64,000 nucleotides of DNA from Azolla caroliniana (Eukaryota; Plantae; Polypodiophyta). The translations under genes were made by a program, and so were the position numbers. The stretch covers positions 4,464,001 through 4,528,000 of the forward strand of contig JBHGNT010000006.1 in NCBI GenBank assembly GCA_043228905.1, written 5' to 3'. The notes below the pieces were generated by a model, which had not been told where the DNA came from, searched no databases, and saw nothing but the letters and a program-made list of their open reading frames with translations. Positions 51,885 to 64,000 of this stretch are shown one piece after another (the stretch's first letter is position 1; the number at the start of each line of letters is the position of its first letter).

Positions 51885-54800
51885 ATGCAAAGGCTTGTCG
51901 ATTACGATTGTAGCAGCGATGAAGAAAAAGAAGATGAAGCTGAAGATGAAAATCGAGAGGAAAATTGTCAGAGCTTCAGAAAGAAGCTCAAGGTCTGTAT
52001 AATGGGGCGTATGTTCTTCTAGCTTGTTTTTTTATATAAATAAAGGCAAATTTGAATTTACGCAACAAGAGTTTGTATGTTGTAAGACCATTTTCCTTCA
52101 ACGTTAGACAGAGTCATTTCTTGAATGACGGCATACTGAAGAGAGAATGATTAGCAAAGCGTATAGGTTAAACTGCTTACTGTGTGAGAGGGTTATGTCC
52201 TAATGAAAGAAGTTTTACTTAATTTCCTTCGTAAAATAAAATTTTGTGAAGGAACATTAAATTTGATTTTCTCACATTGATCCCAATACTCAACAAAGAG
52301 GATATTTTGAATGATTAATCATGAAGCACAAGATAGCATTGCAAATCATGAGACTAAATTAATAATAAGTCACGGGTTAGTTGTATGTGACCTTGAAGGC
52401 CTATACTATATGATGCCTTCCCGAACTCTTAATATTACACAAAAGTATATATGAAAAAATGTAGTGGAAGATGTTGGGATCTGGTGTTCTGTTGCTTCAA
52501 ATTGGGTAGACTCAAGGAACTGTACACTTAAAGTTTTTTTGGTGTATATGGTGCATTGAAATTGGCTTAAGATTTTTGGGTTTGGATGGCTATGGCATTA
52601 AGGGTGGAGACAGTGCCAAGTTGGTAGAATTTCTATGTAGTTTTCCACCCATGAAAATTTGACCATTTTTTCCTGAAATCTACCATGAATTTTTTTATGT
52701 TAAGCACACAAATTGAAGAACAAATAAAATGCCCAAGCTAGTAAAACTTGACAAGTCAACATCTCCAGCCTGTAATACTGGACAAGTTGAATGTCACAGC
52801 CAGACAAATTAAACCCCTGAACCAACCTTTGCATACACAGACACGTTTAAACACAGAGCTCAGAAAGAACCAAGTTGGACATCAGGGCCTCTGGGCAATT
52901 TCAATCTCCAAGGAAGTCGTGTGTTGCTTCAAATTGGGTAGGTTGGAGGCTCCAAACATCTTAAGGTTTTGGGATCTGGATGGCTAGACCAATGTAGGTT
53001 ACCTTGAAAGTCAAACATGCAACCTTAGAGACAAAACCCTAAACCCCTCCCAGGCAATATCCCTCCATAAAAATTTCAAACAACTCATGTCTTGAAGAGG
53101 TTTGAAGTCACTGTGGCAAGATGTGTCCGTTTTCTAAAAGTGAGCTGTGCTCTATATTCAAAATAGTGTAGTGAGGCTAGATCAATTCTGCATATCTGCT
53201 GACATGTGGTCCATTTCTTTTTCTATAGGCCAAATCTTTAATAGAACTTTTTCCAAAAAAAAACTACATGAAAACCCCCTTCAATGTAGTGATATATTTT
53301 AAACATGTTCTTGAAATAGGTTTTGATGACATTATTCTCTACAATTTTCAAGGCTCGAGTAGACAATGTGAAGACAACAATAGATTTCTAGTGCCACATC
53401 TTTGCTTTTGGCCATTTTTCAAAAATGCGTAATTAGTGCATTCAATATGCATGGTAAACTCCATATTGATTTAAAATGCGGTTGTTGGTTAATCTATCTT
53501 TCTTCTTTTAAAACTGTAAATAGGTTATCGATACAGACAATAAACATGATAAAATTTAAATTTAGAACTTTGATGCCTATATATATCCATTTCTGAAATG
53601 CCAAGGTTGGAATTGGGGAGAAGGATTTTGCTACTTCATCTACAACACCCTTTGACAAATTGCAGAGGATGGGATTCTCATCTGATGAAATACAAAGGGC
53701 ATCAGTAGAATGCAGTATGATCTCTACTCTATAGGACTCTGTGTGTTTATCCTATTGTCTATATGCAATTTTATTTTTATACTATACCTTATTATCACAT
53801 CACAGGTTCCATGGATTTTGATGAACTTCTGGAATATCTTCTTGATGAGAATGAAAATGTACAAGAACAAAAGGTGAGAATATTTAATCTACATGTATTT
53901 TTATCTGAATCATACAAAACTATAATTGGTTTTTGGAATACAGTAGCAAAATCTAGCTCTAGGATTAATGGTTTCACCTTTCCGAAAATATTGATTGTTA
54001 ATTTATTGTTCCAGCATCTGGGAAAGTATGATGATAAAGGTGATAGTGATAGTGATGGTGATGGTGATGGTGATGGAATCAGAGCTAAACTTAAAGGAAT
54101 GGGTTTTTCCTCTGAAGAGATCAGAAATGTTTTAGCCAAATATGGTATTTTTGTCATTCATATTTTCTGCCGCATGTTTTCTTTTCTACCTTATAAAGAA
54201 AGCTCTAGACATTGGTAGTTATTATCTTCGTTATCATCAGGAAAGCTCGACATTGAAGCCCTTCTTGGTATCCTCATCAGAGAACAAGATTCTTATCCAC
54301 ATGAAGTTAGTGAGCAACCACAAATCTATGTAAGTATTTAATGAAGCAAACATCGGTTTTTATGAGAAAATTGTATACATTTGTGGTTTCATCGTTAAAT
54401 TCTATATATAAGAACATGCACAAGTGTTTCAATAGTGAAACAGATGTTTCTGCTAATAGCATAGTCTTTGTTAGAACCCAGGTGATGATGGGATCCAAGA
54501 TGGAGTCAGATGTAAACTAAAAGGAATGGGTTTTTCTTCCAGTGACATTCAAAATGCTTTAATCAAATCTGGTATGTGTATCAGTCACCGTTATGTATAT
54601 TTCCCGTTTCTTTAATCTCGTAAAGAGGAACTCAGTATACTAATTCTTCTCTTCATTTTTGGTCAGGGAGCCTTGATATGGAAGTTCTTCTTGGAATCCT
54701 CATTGGAGAAGAAGGCTGCAGCTCACAAGGACTAAGTGAAAAATCACAAGTGCATGTAAGTGTTTTCAACGTGCTCAAATTCCAGCACTATTGTCAATAT

Positions 54801-56593
54801 CTTTGTTATTTTTCCCTTATGTTTTCAATCCATATTTCTCTATTTTCTTTGGTGGTTATATTGTTAACAATCTTAACACGTATTCCACCCATATAGTTGT
54901 ATTTTTGCTCCAGTGGCTATAACTGTAAACAATGTTATGATTGATTTGAAAATTGCATAAACTGAAAGAAATGTTCCTGCTTTTTTTTCATGTGAATTTG
55001 GAAAAGAACAATCCTCTTGAGGGGTCTGATGATGATGGAGTCAGATCTAAGCTTAGAGGAATGGGGTTCTCTTATGAAGAGATTCAAAGTGCATTTTCTA
55101 AATATGGTACATATTCTAATATCATCATATTCTCTTTTGTAAGAGTGAGAATAAGCCATCCTCTTTAATTTTAATTCTCAGGGAGGCTTGATATCGATGG
55201 AATTCTTGGAATTCTCATTGGAGATGAAGGTTCCAGTTCACAAGGATTGAATAACCAGTCACCAGATGTAGAATATTCTAATTCTAGTACCATTTTTCTG
55301 AATAATGAATTAAATTATTCAAGAAAACTAAATTGGGATAGGCATGAATTGCGGCGATGGTATACTTATATTGGGAGGAGAAACTTCTATCATGAACAAT
55401 TTGGAAGCTGCACACCGAAATCTGACGACGATGACGATGACGATGACGATTCTGAAATTAAAAGATTTGAGAATCGCATGTCCATATTAGACAAGGGGAG
55501 ATTGAAGAAGAAAAAAACAATCATAAAAGAGGTGGGTCCATCTTCAATAAAGATGGCAGGGTTTGGAATCCCTGGTCTCATGATCGGAAGACCAAAAGAG
55601 ATACCATTAATGATGCAAGGTCCACCATACTTCTACTTTGAGAATGTGGCTATTGCTCCGAAGATGGAATGGGATACAATCAAAAGGCATTTGAATGGTG
55701 TTGATCCTGAATTCACAGACTCTAAACACTTTTGTGCATGCAGAAGGCCAAGAGGATATGTTCACAACCTACCAATTAAAGAAAGAGAACCCATTCTGCC
55801 CATACCACCAAAGACAATTTTTGAGGCATTTCCTTATGCAAAGAAATACTGGCCAGAGTGGGATACAAGAGAGAAATTCAACTGTATCAACACAAAGCGT
55901 GGAGCTGATGGAGTGTGCGAACTTATTAGGGATCTTTTTGCTCAATATGGAGGAGGATTAGCAATCCCGCCATTTCGACAACATGAGATATTACAAGCTG
56001 TTAAAAAGTGGAACTTAATATGGGTGGGACCTGGGCAAACTGCACCTCTCGAGCTTCATGAAGTAGAAATGCTTCTTGGATTTGATCGTGACCATACTAG
56101 AGGTGGTTTAACAATGACCGATCGATATGATTTACTTGGTAATTCTTTCCAAGTTAATACGGTGGCTTACCATTTTTCACCACTCAAGTACCTGTATCCA
56201 GATGGTATTACAGTTTTATCTTTATTCTCAGGAATTGGTGGTGCTGAAGTTGCATTACATAAGGTAGGCATATTCTTGAAATCTGTAATATCTGTTGAGG
56301 TCAATGAGAAGGCAAAGAAAGTGTTAGCATCATGGTGGAAGAAGAGTGGGCAGAGAGGAGAGTTAATCTTGAAAGAAGATGTAAGGTCTTTGACAGATGA
56401 GGTTTTAGAGGGTTTAATCGATAGGGTGGGAAGGATTGACCTTGTAGTTGGAGGCAGTCCATGTAACAATTTGTCGGGCAATAACCGTGTTGATCGGGTC
56501 GGCTTGAGTGGGAAAGAATCTAGTTTGTTTTATGAATTTCCTAGGATATTGAACATTGTCAAACGAATAATGCATCAAAGAAGCTATATTTGA
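51885..56593 (+). CDS. DRM2: DOMAINS REARRANGED METHYLTRANSFERASE (DRM)-type cytosine-5 methyltransferase, about 733 aa, four UBA-like repeats
   Basis: Exons: 51885-51992 (less certain), 53606-53714, 53806-53873, 54015-54144, 54241-54329, 54475-54571, 54667-54755, 55007-55106, 55182-56593. GT..AG introns, phases consistent, total 2202 nt. Permuted motif order VI (FENV), VIII (RPRGYVHNL), IX-X (LLGF..HT, LGNSFQV), then I (LFSGIGG), II, III, IV (GGSPCNNL, catalytic Cys present), V. Confidence 0.92.
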
Positions 56594-56959
56594 TAAGCAT
56601 CTCGTAAGATACCTAATCAAAAGCTGCAAGTGAAACAAGACTAACATGGTGTATATATATATACACATTTTCCCAAGATAATTTTATTCCTCTTTTGCTT
56701 TCAGATGAGATAACGAGCAAGAATAGATTGCTCATGTGTATTTTCCTCTTGCAGCAATAATAATAAATTATTATTATAATTCTACATATAATATGGACAA
56801 AAACGATGATGCATCGAGTTATGGTATAATAGCTTAGGATGCACAAATGTATATATAATATATTGTTCATCAGTGTCAATATCAATCCAAAGTAATATTT
56901 GGAATTTATTTTGAAGAACCATTTTGCTACTGCTGGCTATGTTATCTCTTTAGCATGGA

Positions 56960-59900
56960 ACTGCTCCCTCATAGCACCTCAATGTGTTTTGTTCGTGCAT
57001 GGAAGACGGGATTTCTTGCAATAGCCAAAGCACTTTGACTATCTGTAAATATACAAGTAGGAGTTGGTTGCTCAAGTGACAAATCGGACAATAATCTCCC
57101 GAGCCAAACACACTCTACTGTGGCGCTGAATGCTGCTCTATATTCAGCTTCACAACTTGATGTTGCCACTGTTGGCTGCTTCTTGCTGAGCCAGGAAACA
57201 CAGGAATTGCCGATCATCAGACAATTGCCACTATGTGAGACATGAGTGTCATAACAGCCAGCCCAATCACCCTTAGTGAAAGCTGTTAAAGGAGATGAAT
57301 TTCCTTCTCCATAGAAGAGGCTGAAATCCATAGTGCCTTTGAGGTAACGGAACACTCGCTTGGCTGCTTGTCAATGCTTTGTTCCAGGGCTGTGCGTGAA
57401 TGTGCTTAATTGCGAAACAACATATTGAATGTCAGGTCTTGGTATGAGAATTCGAATCCTGCTCCTACAAGAGTGGATATTGTCTTGCAGTCTTTAAACT
57501 GGAATCTGTTGGAGGGTGGCAGCTCCAGACCTGCACTCTCTTTCATCTTTATTATCTCTGTACTAAATTCTCTCGCTTACCAGATTCTTCTCTCTCTAGA
57601 ATCTGCAACGCGTTAAATGCCTCTTCTCTCTTCCACTTTTTCCAAGATATTCCCTTTTTTATTCCTAGTTTATTGTACCTATTTGGTAGTACAAGAGTCT
57701 CTTAACTACCAAACAACCATTCCCAATTTTGAGTAAATAGGCTTATACCAGCCTCTTTTGTAATGAGATTATTTTCTGCTGCTACTTACAAACAAGCACA
57801 ACTCTGTGGCTATGCCTCTACTCTTTGCAACCCTCTTTTTTCTACTGCTGTCTAACAGCCTTCTCACAGCTTGGCTCTGTCTATTTGTTCTAACTCTTCC
57901 ACTGCTGCTATTAACAGCTTTTCTCACATGGTATCAGACCAGTGAGGTCTCCATATCCTTAACCTGAGTTTTTTGCCAAAGAGCACACAGACCTCTCTTC
58001 TTTTATCCCTCCCTCCCAACCCTATAGAGGAGGTTCTCTTAGCAGCCACCCTCCTAACCTACAGAGGAGGTTCTTTTTTTTTCTTTTCCCCTCATCTGAG
58101 CCTCACCTAGCATCTAGGGAGAAGTAGAAAAACCCTGAGCATCTACTTACAACTGCTGTAAATTGTCCAGTTGTAGCTTAGGAGGAGGATATCCATGGCC
58201 TCACATGCCACCATTATTTTATCAACCATTCCCCAACTCCCCAAAGAGTCCATCTTGGATGGGAACAATTACTTGGATTGGGAGCAACAAATAAAGACCT
58301 TGCTACAATACCATTGTTTATGGACTGTAGTCAATGGTAGTGACAAGAAACCACCAGTAACTTCATCCTCTTCAACCAAATCCGTTGCTGCTCATCTAAC
58401 GCTGAAATTGAAGCTTGGCTAGATAAGGATTCTCGTGCTCATGGTTTCCTCATGTTTAATATTAACCGAGCATCGCTCGTCAATTTCAAGATAGAGATGA
58501 AGAGACATCCAATGAACTATGGACAGCCATCAAAAAGAGGTATTGTCGAGCTAATCATGCTCAAATGATAGTTATTGAGAGCCAACTAGCAAATCTTAAG
58601 ATTCATGACACTCCCAACATCATGGATCAAAAACGCAATTTGTTACTCTCCAAAAGGAACTAGTTTATTTGGGAAGCAAGTCAACTGAAGTCGAGTTTGT
58701 GCATCGTCTAATGATAAAGTTGCCTGAGTCATTCTTAGCCTTTTGTGACACAATTTCTCTTCTTCCCAACACACTTGCTATGAATACCTTCCTTGGCATT
58801 GAGGAACATACTTCACATTTGGCTGGACCAACTACCTCAACCATTGATGAGTGGTTAGTAGATAGTGGTGCCACTTCACACATGACCTATGACAAATCCA
58901 TTTTCCATGATGTGAAACCTAGCTCCTCCCAAATCTCCATAGGAGATGCCTCAAGCATTGAGGCTTCATGTGTGGGTAATGTGTTTCTTAACACTTCGTC
59001 AAATGACGAACTTGCTGTTCTTCAAGATGTGCTACATGTGCCTCGCATCTCTGCCAACCTACTTTCAGTCTACCGAATCACTAAGCAAGGTTATGGAGTC
59101 TACTTTGATAGCTCAGTTTTGGAAGTGACTGACACCAACAACCTACAAATTGTAGCTAGTGTGACACACAAGAAGGGGGTTTATATCACCTAAAAAGCTC
59201 ACATAGCCCCTTGGAAAAGTCCAAATCTCATCTTCTTCAAGGCTCTCATTCCTTGGTGGCACAAGAAGATCCCACGTTGTGGCATGCTAGGTTCGGTCAC
59301 CTCAACTACGATTCTCTACAAAAGCTCTCCTCTTCACAGCTAGTTGAGGGTCTTCGTATTTTCAAAACTCCCAATAGCCCATGTGTTGCTTGTCTTCATG
59401 GCAAGCAACATCGAGAGCCTTTCCCTCATGAAACCACTCACCGTGCAACATCTATCTTGGAGTTAGTACACATGGATCTTTGTGGTCCCATGAAAATGAC
59501 TACTCTTGGTGGTGCACGCTACTTCATGCTCATCATTGATGATTTCTCCCGCAAGGTTTGGGTTTATTTTCTTGTAGAAAAATCTCAAGCCTTCACAAAA
59601 TTTCAAGAATGGGTAGCTCTCGTGGAGAACGAGACATCAAAGAAAGTTCGAAAGATCAAGTCAGACAATGGTGGAGAGTTTATCTCCCAAGTTTCCACCA
59701 TTTCTGCTCTCAACGAGGCATTGCTCGCTAATTTTCTACACCCAATACTCCTCAACAAAATGAGTTGTGGAAAGGAAGAACCGGACAGTCCAAGAGATGG
59801 CTCATATAATGCTATCTCAATCTAATCTTCCTCTCTCATTTTGGGTTGAAGTTGTCAACACACCAATCTACATCATCAATTGCTGCCCAACAAAAGCAGT

Positions 59901-62900
59901 TGCTGCAATGACCCCTACAGAAGCATTTATAGGTGTAAAGCCCTAAGTATCTCATTTTAAAGTCTTTGGTTGTGATGCTTATGTTCACATTTCATATCAT
60001 AAAAGGACTAAATTTGAGTCCAAAACTAAGAAATGCAAATTTCTTGGTTACAACACACAATCTAAAGCCTACAAGTTATGGGATTTAGAATCAAAGTCCC
60101 TAGTTATCTTTAGGGATGTTCATTTTGTGGAGTCTCAGCCGGATGACTCTAGGATTTTACCTGAGTTCACGGTTGAAATCCTAGCTCCTCCGGAATCTCC
60201 TATTTTAGACAAAGATGTCTCACCTTCAAACCTCCCATCTCCTCCTACTCAATCTCTAACTTCACCTACAATTCAAACCTCTCCCTCAACTCCACTTGTT
60301 TCCCCTCCCTCTACACACCAGCTTCCACCACTTCCCAAGTGGCTTCAAGCCACCATTCGTGATTCTCATCTCTCCGATGCTGAACTTCATGAGTATACAT
60401 CTGGTTCTCCGACCAACATGAAAAGAACACGTAAGTCATAACGGCCTCCTCACTCGTGCAACTTTGCCTTACTGTGCATTGTTGTGCAATCACAAGAACC
60501 CACAACAACAAAAGAGGCCCTTGTTCTTCCAAAGTGGAAAGCAGCAATGGAAGTTGAACTTGATTCAATTGAGTGGAATCATACATGGGAGTTGGTCCCA
60601 CAGCCTACTCACAAGTCATCAAGTTGGCATATTGCCCTACTCAAGAAAATGGGGCTGATTTATTTCCTAAGCCACCCAAGGTAAGCCATTGATAAGCTCC
60701 TTGGTCGACTCAACGTTGGACCGCTGTTCTGGAGCTGAGAGGAGGTGTTGGAGGGTGGCAGCTCCAGACCTGCACTCTCTTTCATCTTTATTATCTTTGT
60801 ACTACAACCTCTCTCTTCCCAAATTCTTCTCTCTCTAGAATCTGCAACTCTTTAAATGCCTTCTCTCTCTAGAATCTGCAACGCTTTAAATGCCTTTTCT
60901 CTCTTCCACTTTTTCCATGATATTCCCTTTTCTATTCCTAGTTTATTGTACCTGTTTGGTAGCACAAGAGTCTCTTAACTACCAAACAACCATTCCCAAT
61001 TTTGAGTAAATAGGCTTATACCAGCCTCTTTTGTAATGAGATTATTTTCTGCTGCTACTTACAAACAAGCACAACTCTTTGGCTGTGTCTCTACTCTTTG
61101 CAACCCTTTTTGTTCTACTGTTGTCTAACAGGCTTCTCACAGCTTGGCTGTGTCTAGTTTGTTCTAACTCTTCCACTGCTGCTATTAATAGCTTTTCTCA
61201 CAGAATTGTTGTAGGAGCTTCTCGATGTACTTTTGTTGACTGAGAAAAATGCCCCCCTCAACAGATTGAATGCTGAGGTAGTAGTGGAGATGACCAATAT
61301 CTGTAAGTTCAAATGTCTTACTAAGATCAGCTTTGACATCTACAATTTCTTGCTCATCAGGTTCTGTCATTAGCAAATCATCAACATAAAGCACAACAAT
61401 TAGTAATTTTTCTCCATCCTTTCAGACATAGAGAGTGCTTTCAGTTGGGCTGTTTACAAAATTGATTTGAAGAAGATGAGCATGGATCTTGAGGTGCTTG
61501 TTTCAAGTCGTACAAAGCTTAAAGTAACCTGCAAACTTTAGTTTCTGCGCCTTTAATGACAAAACCTGGAGGTTGAGCTACATAAACCTTTTCTTCTAAA
61601 TCTCCATTTAAGAAGGCAGTTTTAATGTCCAATGGTCATGTGCTAATGCATCCTTAAGAGAGACTGGTTCCTCATCACAAATTTCAGCGATAAGAGCATG
61701 ATGCACATAATGCAGTTCAGCTTGCTGATTAGTTGACCGGGTTTTACCTTGAAGAGGAAACTTGAGTTTGCTGTCCATAAGGGTGTTAATCAGCCATTTA
61801 GGAACTGTTCTTGCATGCTGAGAAGAGGCTTGTTCTTCCTCCAATTCCATGTCAAGATCATGTGGATTAATGACCTATAAGTCAGCATTATTATCAACAA
61901 TGTTTGGTTGCTCATTTTCAACCACATTGGTCTGTTGCAAGAGATCAATTTAAGCATTGCTTGGCTGCTCGACATTTCTATTTGGAGCATGTTGTTGCTG
62001 ATGCAAACCCTGCACATTACCTCCATGAGGTTGGGTTTAGTCTATCACCTTCAAACACAACATTTTGGAGCAATGGTAACAAAGTATCAAATGCATCTGG
62101 TTGATCAAGAACTGGCTCTTTCAAGCAATCCACAAGTGGTTGAGTTGCATTTTCAGCAAATATCACATCCCAGCTGATGATGATCTTACCAGTAGTGAGC
62201 TGAAACAACCAATAACCTTTGCTTTCTTTGCTGTAGCCAACAAAGATGCATTTTGTTGCTTTGTCTTGAAGCTTATGGCGCTGCTGTGGTGGCACAAATG
62301 CATAAGGCAAGCTTCTAAATATTCTCATGTGTCCAACATTTGGCTCGTGACCAGTCCAAGCCTCATATGGAGTGATAGTTGTTATTGCTTTTGTGGGGCA
62401 TCTATTCAAAACATAGTTTGCACACATTACAGCTAGCAGCCAACACTTATGAGGTAGCTTCTTACCGTTGAGCACGCATCTTGCCATCTCCATGAGAGAT
62501 CTATTCTTTATCTCAGCCAAACCATTTTGTTGTGGTGTGTATAGAGTGGTGCATTGATGGATAATATCTGTGTCCTTCAAGAAAGCATTGAACTCTTGAG
62601 ACATGTACTCACCCCCTCTATCGGTGCGAAGAGTAATGAGTTTGTGACCGCTAAGATTTTCAGCAAGGTGTAATAATAATTAGATGGAGAGGTTTGATGT
62701 CTTCTTAGGTGGGAAGAGATAAACAAAAAGATCTGTGTATGCCTATTTGGAAGGATTGGATAGAGAAAGGAAGCTAAACTTGCTCTGATACCATATGTAT
62801 AAAATGTAGGGATCTTAGACTAACTCTCACACAACAAGATCACTTAGAAGACTTAAGGAAATATTAGTAGATTAGGGAAAACGAGCTCTAATTTCAAAGA

Positions 62901-63119
62901 TGTAGAATGGTTTATATAACTAGTTTCTACAGGTAGGTGGAAACCCAACGGTCACTTTATTAGGTTCACATTATTATAACTATATTTGCACCTAACAACT
63001 ACTTAACTAGGTTCGTACTATTCTAAGTATGTTCACACCCAACAGTTACTTAACTAGGTTCACATTATTATAACAATGTTCACACCAAAGCTTTCATAGG
63101 ATACTCATTAAGTGTAACA
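56960..63119 (-). mobile_element. Degenerate Ty1/Copia element (host), interrupted by a second Copia
   Basis: RNase H at 56969-57490 (SWLSKKQPTVATSSCEAEY), RT at 61203-61620 (LYVDDLL), INT at 62000-62660 (YTPQQNGLAE). PBS TGGTATCAGAGCA on minus at 62793-62781; LTR about 62796-63119. gag/PR and 3' LTR not seen, so the LTR may belong to another element. Confidence 0.8.
57507..61202 (+). mobile_element. Nested Ty1/Copia element lacking RT/RNase H (internally deleted)
   Basis: LTRs at 57507-57928 and 60746-61202; TSD GAATC/GAATT; PBS TGGTATCAGACC; PPT GAGAGGAGG. gag LDGNNYLDW, PR WLVDSGATSHM, INT WHARFGH...DLCGP...SDNGGEF; stops just after WELVPQP. Confidence 0.92.
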
Positions 63120-63284
63120 ATTATGCTTGCATTTATTAGAGCAAAAACTAATACATATTCTGTGTTTTGGTAAGCTAGTATACATTCTCTCTCTTTTATC
63201 ATCTTAGGGCTTTACTCTATTTATATAACCCAAGCCTTTTCCAACCTAAATACCCAAGCTTAAATCTAGCTTAACCACACTACT

Positions 63285-63396
63285 TCACTAGTTGCCATTG
63301 CAAATTGTAGGGTTTGAATGCAGTACATTCTACTCTCTCTGTCACACGCATACTAGTTGTCTCTGTGAATTGTATGGCTTGAATGTGTTACATTAT

Positions 63397-63453
<57 letters not shown>

Positions 63454-63645
63454 TAGTAATATATGTGATTCTTCCAATAGCTAAACTGCACTACTTTACT
63501 AGTTGCCATTGCAAATTGTACGGCGTGAATGTATTACATTCTGCTCTCTTTCACATGCATACTAGTTGCAATTGTGAATTGTAGGGCTTGAATGTGTTAC
63601 ATTATGCTCTCTCTCTCACTCTCTACTAATAAATGTGATTCTTCA
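63285..63645. repeat. Degenerate tandem repeat with (CT)n
   Basis: About four copies of ACTAGTTG..TG.AATTGTA.GG..TGAATG..TTACATT.TGCTCTCT. Confidence 0.75.
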
Positions 63646-64000
63646 AATATTTTTCACAGAAAACTAAGATACATCCGGTATTTTTCTTTCGTTTGGTGGA
63701 ATTTGAACATAGTAGGCAGCATTTCTTTCATACCCGATAGCTAGAATGGTTTGGAGGTGTATCAATTTAGTGTGGATGTCTTTGACTAGAGTAAAACTAT
63801 CTTCATTAGTTGGGTTTTTGCACATATGGAAAGCACTGGAATGATGCTTCATTTCAAAATTATTTGTTGAGTTCTTGAGGTATTGGGGGCAATGGTTTAA
63901 TTGGAATACGTGGAATGCCGTCACTTTTGATTCACAAGTTGGGGCTAGAAACTATGTTCTTTTGTGTTACCAATTGACAGTGTTAAAGAAGTGAGGTATA

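Noticed and set aside
55247-56593. Stand-alone bacterial-type DNA methyltransferase or restriction-modification system
   Set aside because: The permuted motif order and upstream spliced UBA exons identify a plant DRM; no prokaryotic context.
63285-63645. CRISPR-like repeat array
   Set aside because: Eukaryotic context, degenerate repeats without unique spacers, no cas genes.
63664-63924. 86-aa minus-strand ORF at window end
   Set aside because: No recognisable domain; cannot be supported without downstream sequence.

Overview
AT-rich, TE-dominated plant nuclear DNA, most likely from a non-seed land plant such as a fern (inference from the Tcn1-type chromovirus, RTEX-like LINE and PLS-PPR fragments). 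I could splice two intact host genes by hand: a 9-exon MS2/FAR2-type fatty acyl reductase (minus, 10446-3941, 615 aa) and a 9-exon DRM-type de novo DNA methyltransferase (plus, 51885-56593, about 733 aa) with four UBA-like repeats built by tandem exon-pair duplication. The rest is retroelements and one DNA transposon. These include many 5'-truncated L1-like LINEs; a long L1-like LINE interrupted by an RTEX-like LINE and by a very young intact chromovirus (near-identical LTRs, self-priming PBS, -1 frameshift signal); a solo LTR; nested Copia elements; and a hAT derivative with a 9-bp TSD. Two signals stand out. (1) Three poly(A)-tailed insertions end in an identical 19-nt motif and carry host coding fragments (PPR twice, CUL1 once) just upstream of it; two have TSDs, suggesting a gene-fragment-carrying LINE subfamily. 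(2) tRNA-like A/B-box cassettes sit antisense at the U3 end of TGTCA...TGACA LTRs. All calls come from reading the sequence by eye; no database search was run.
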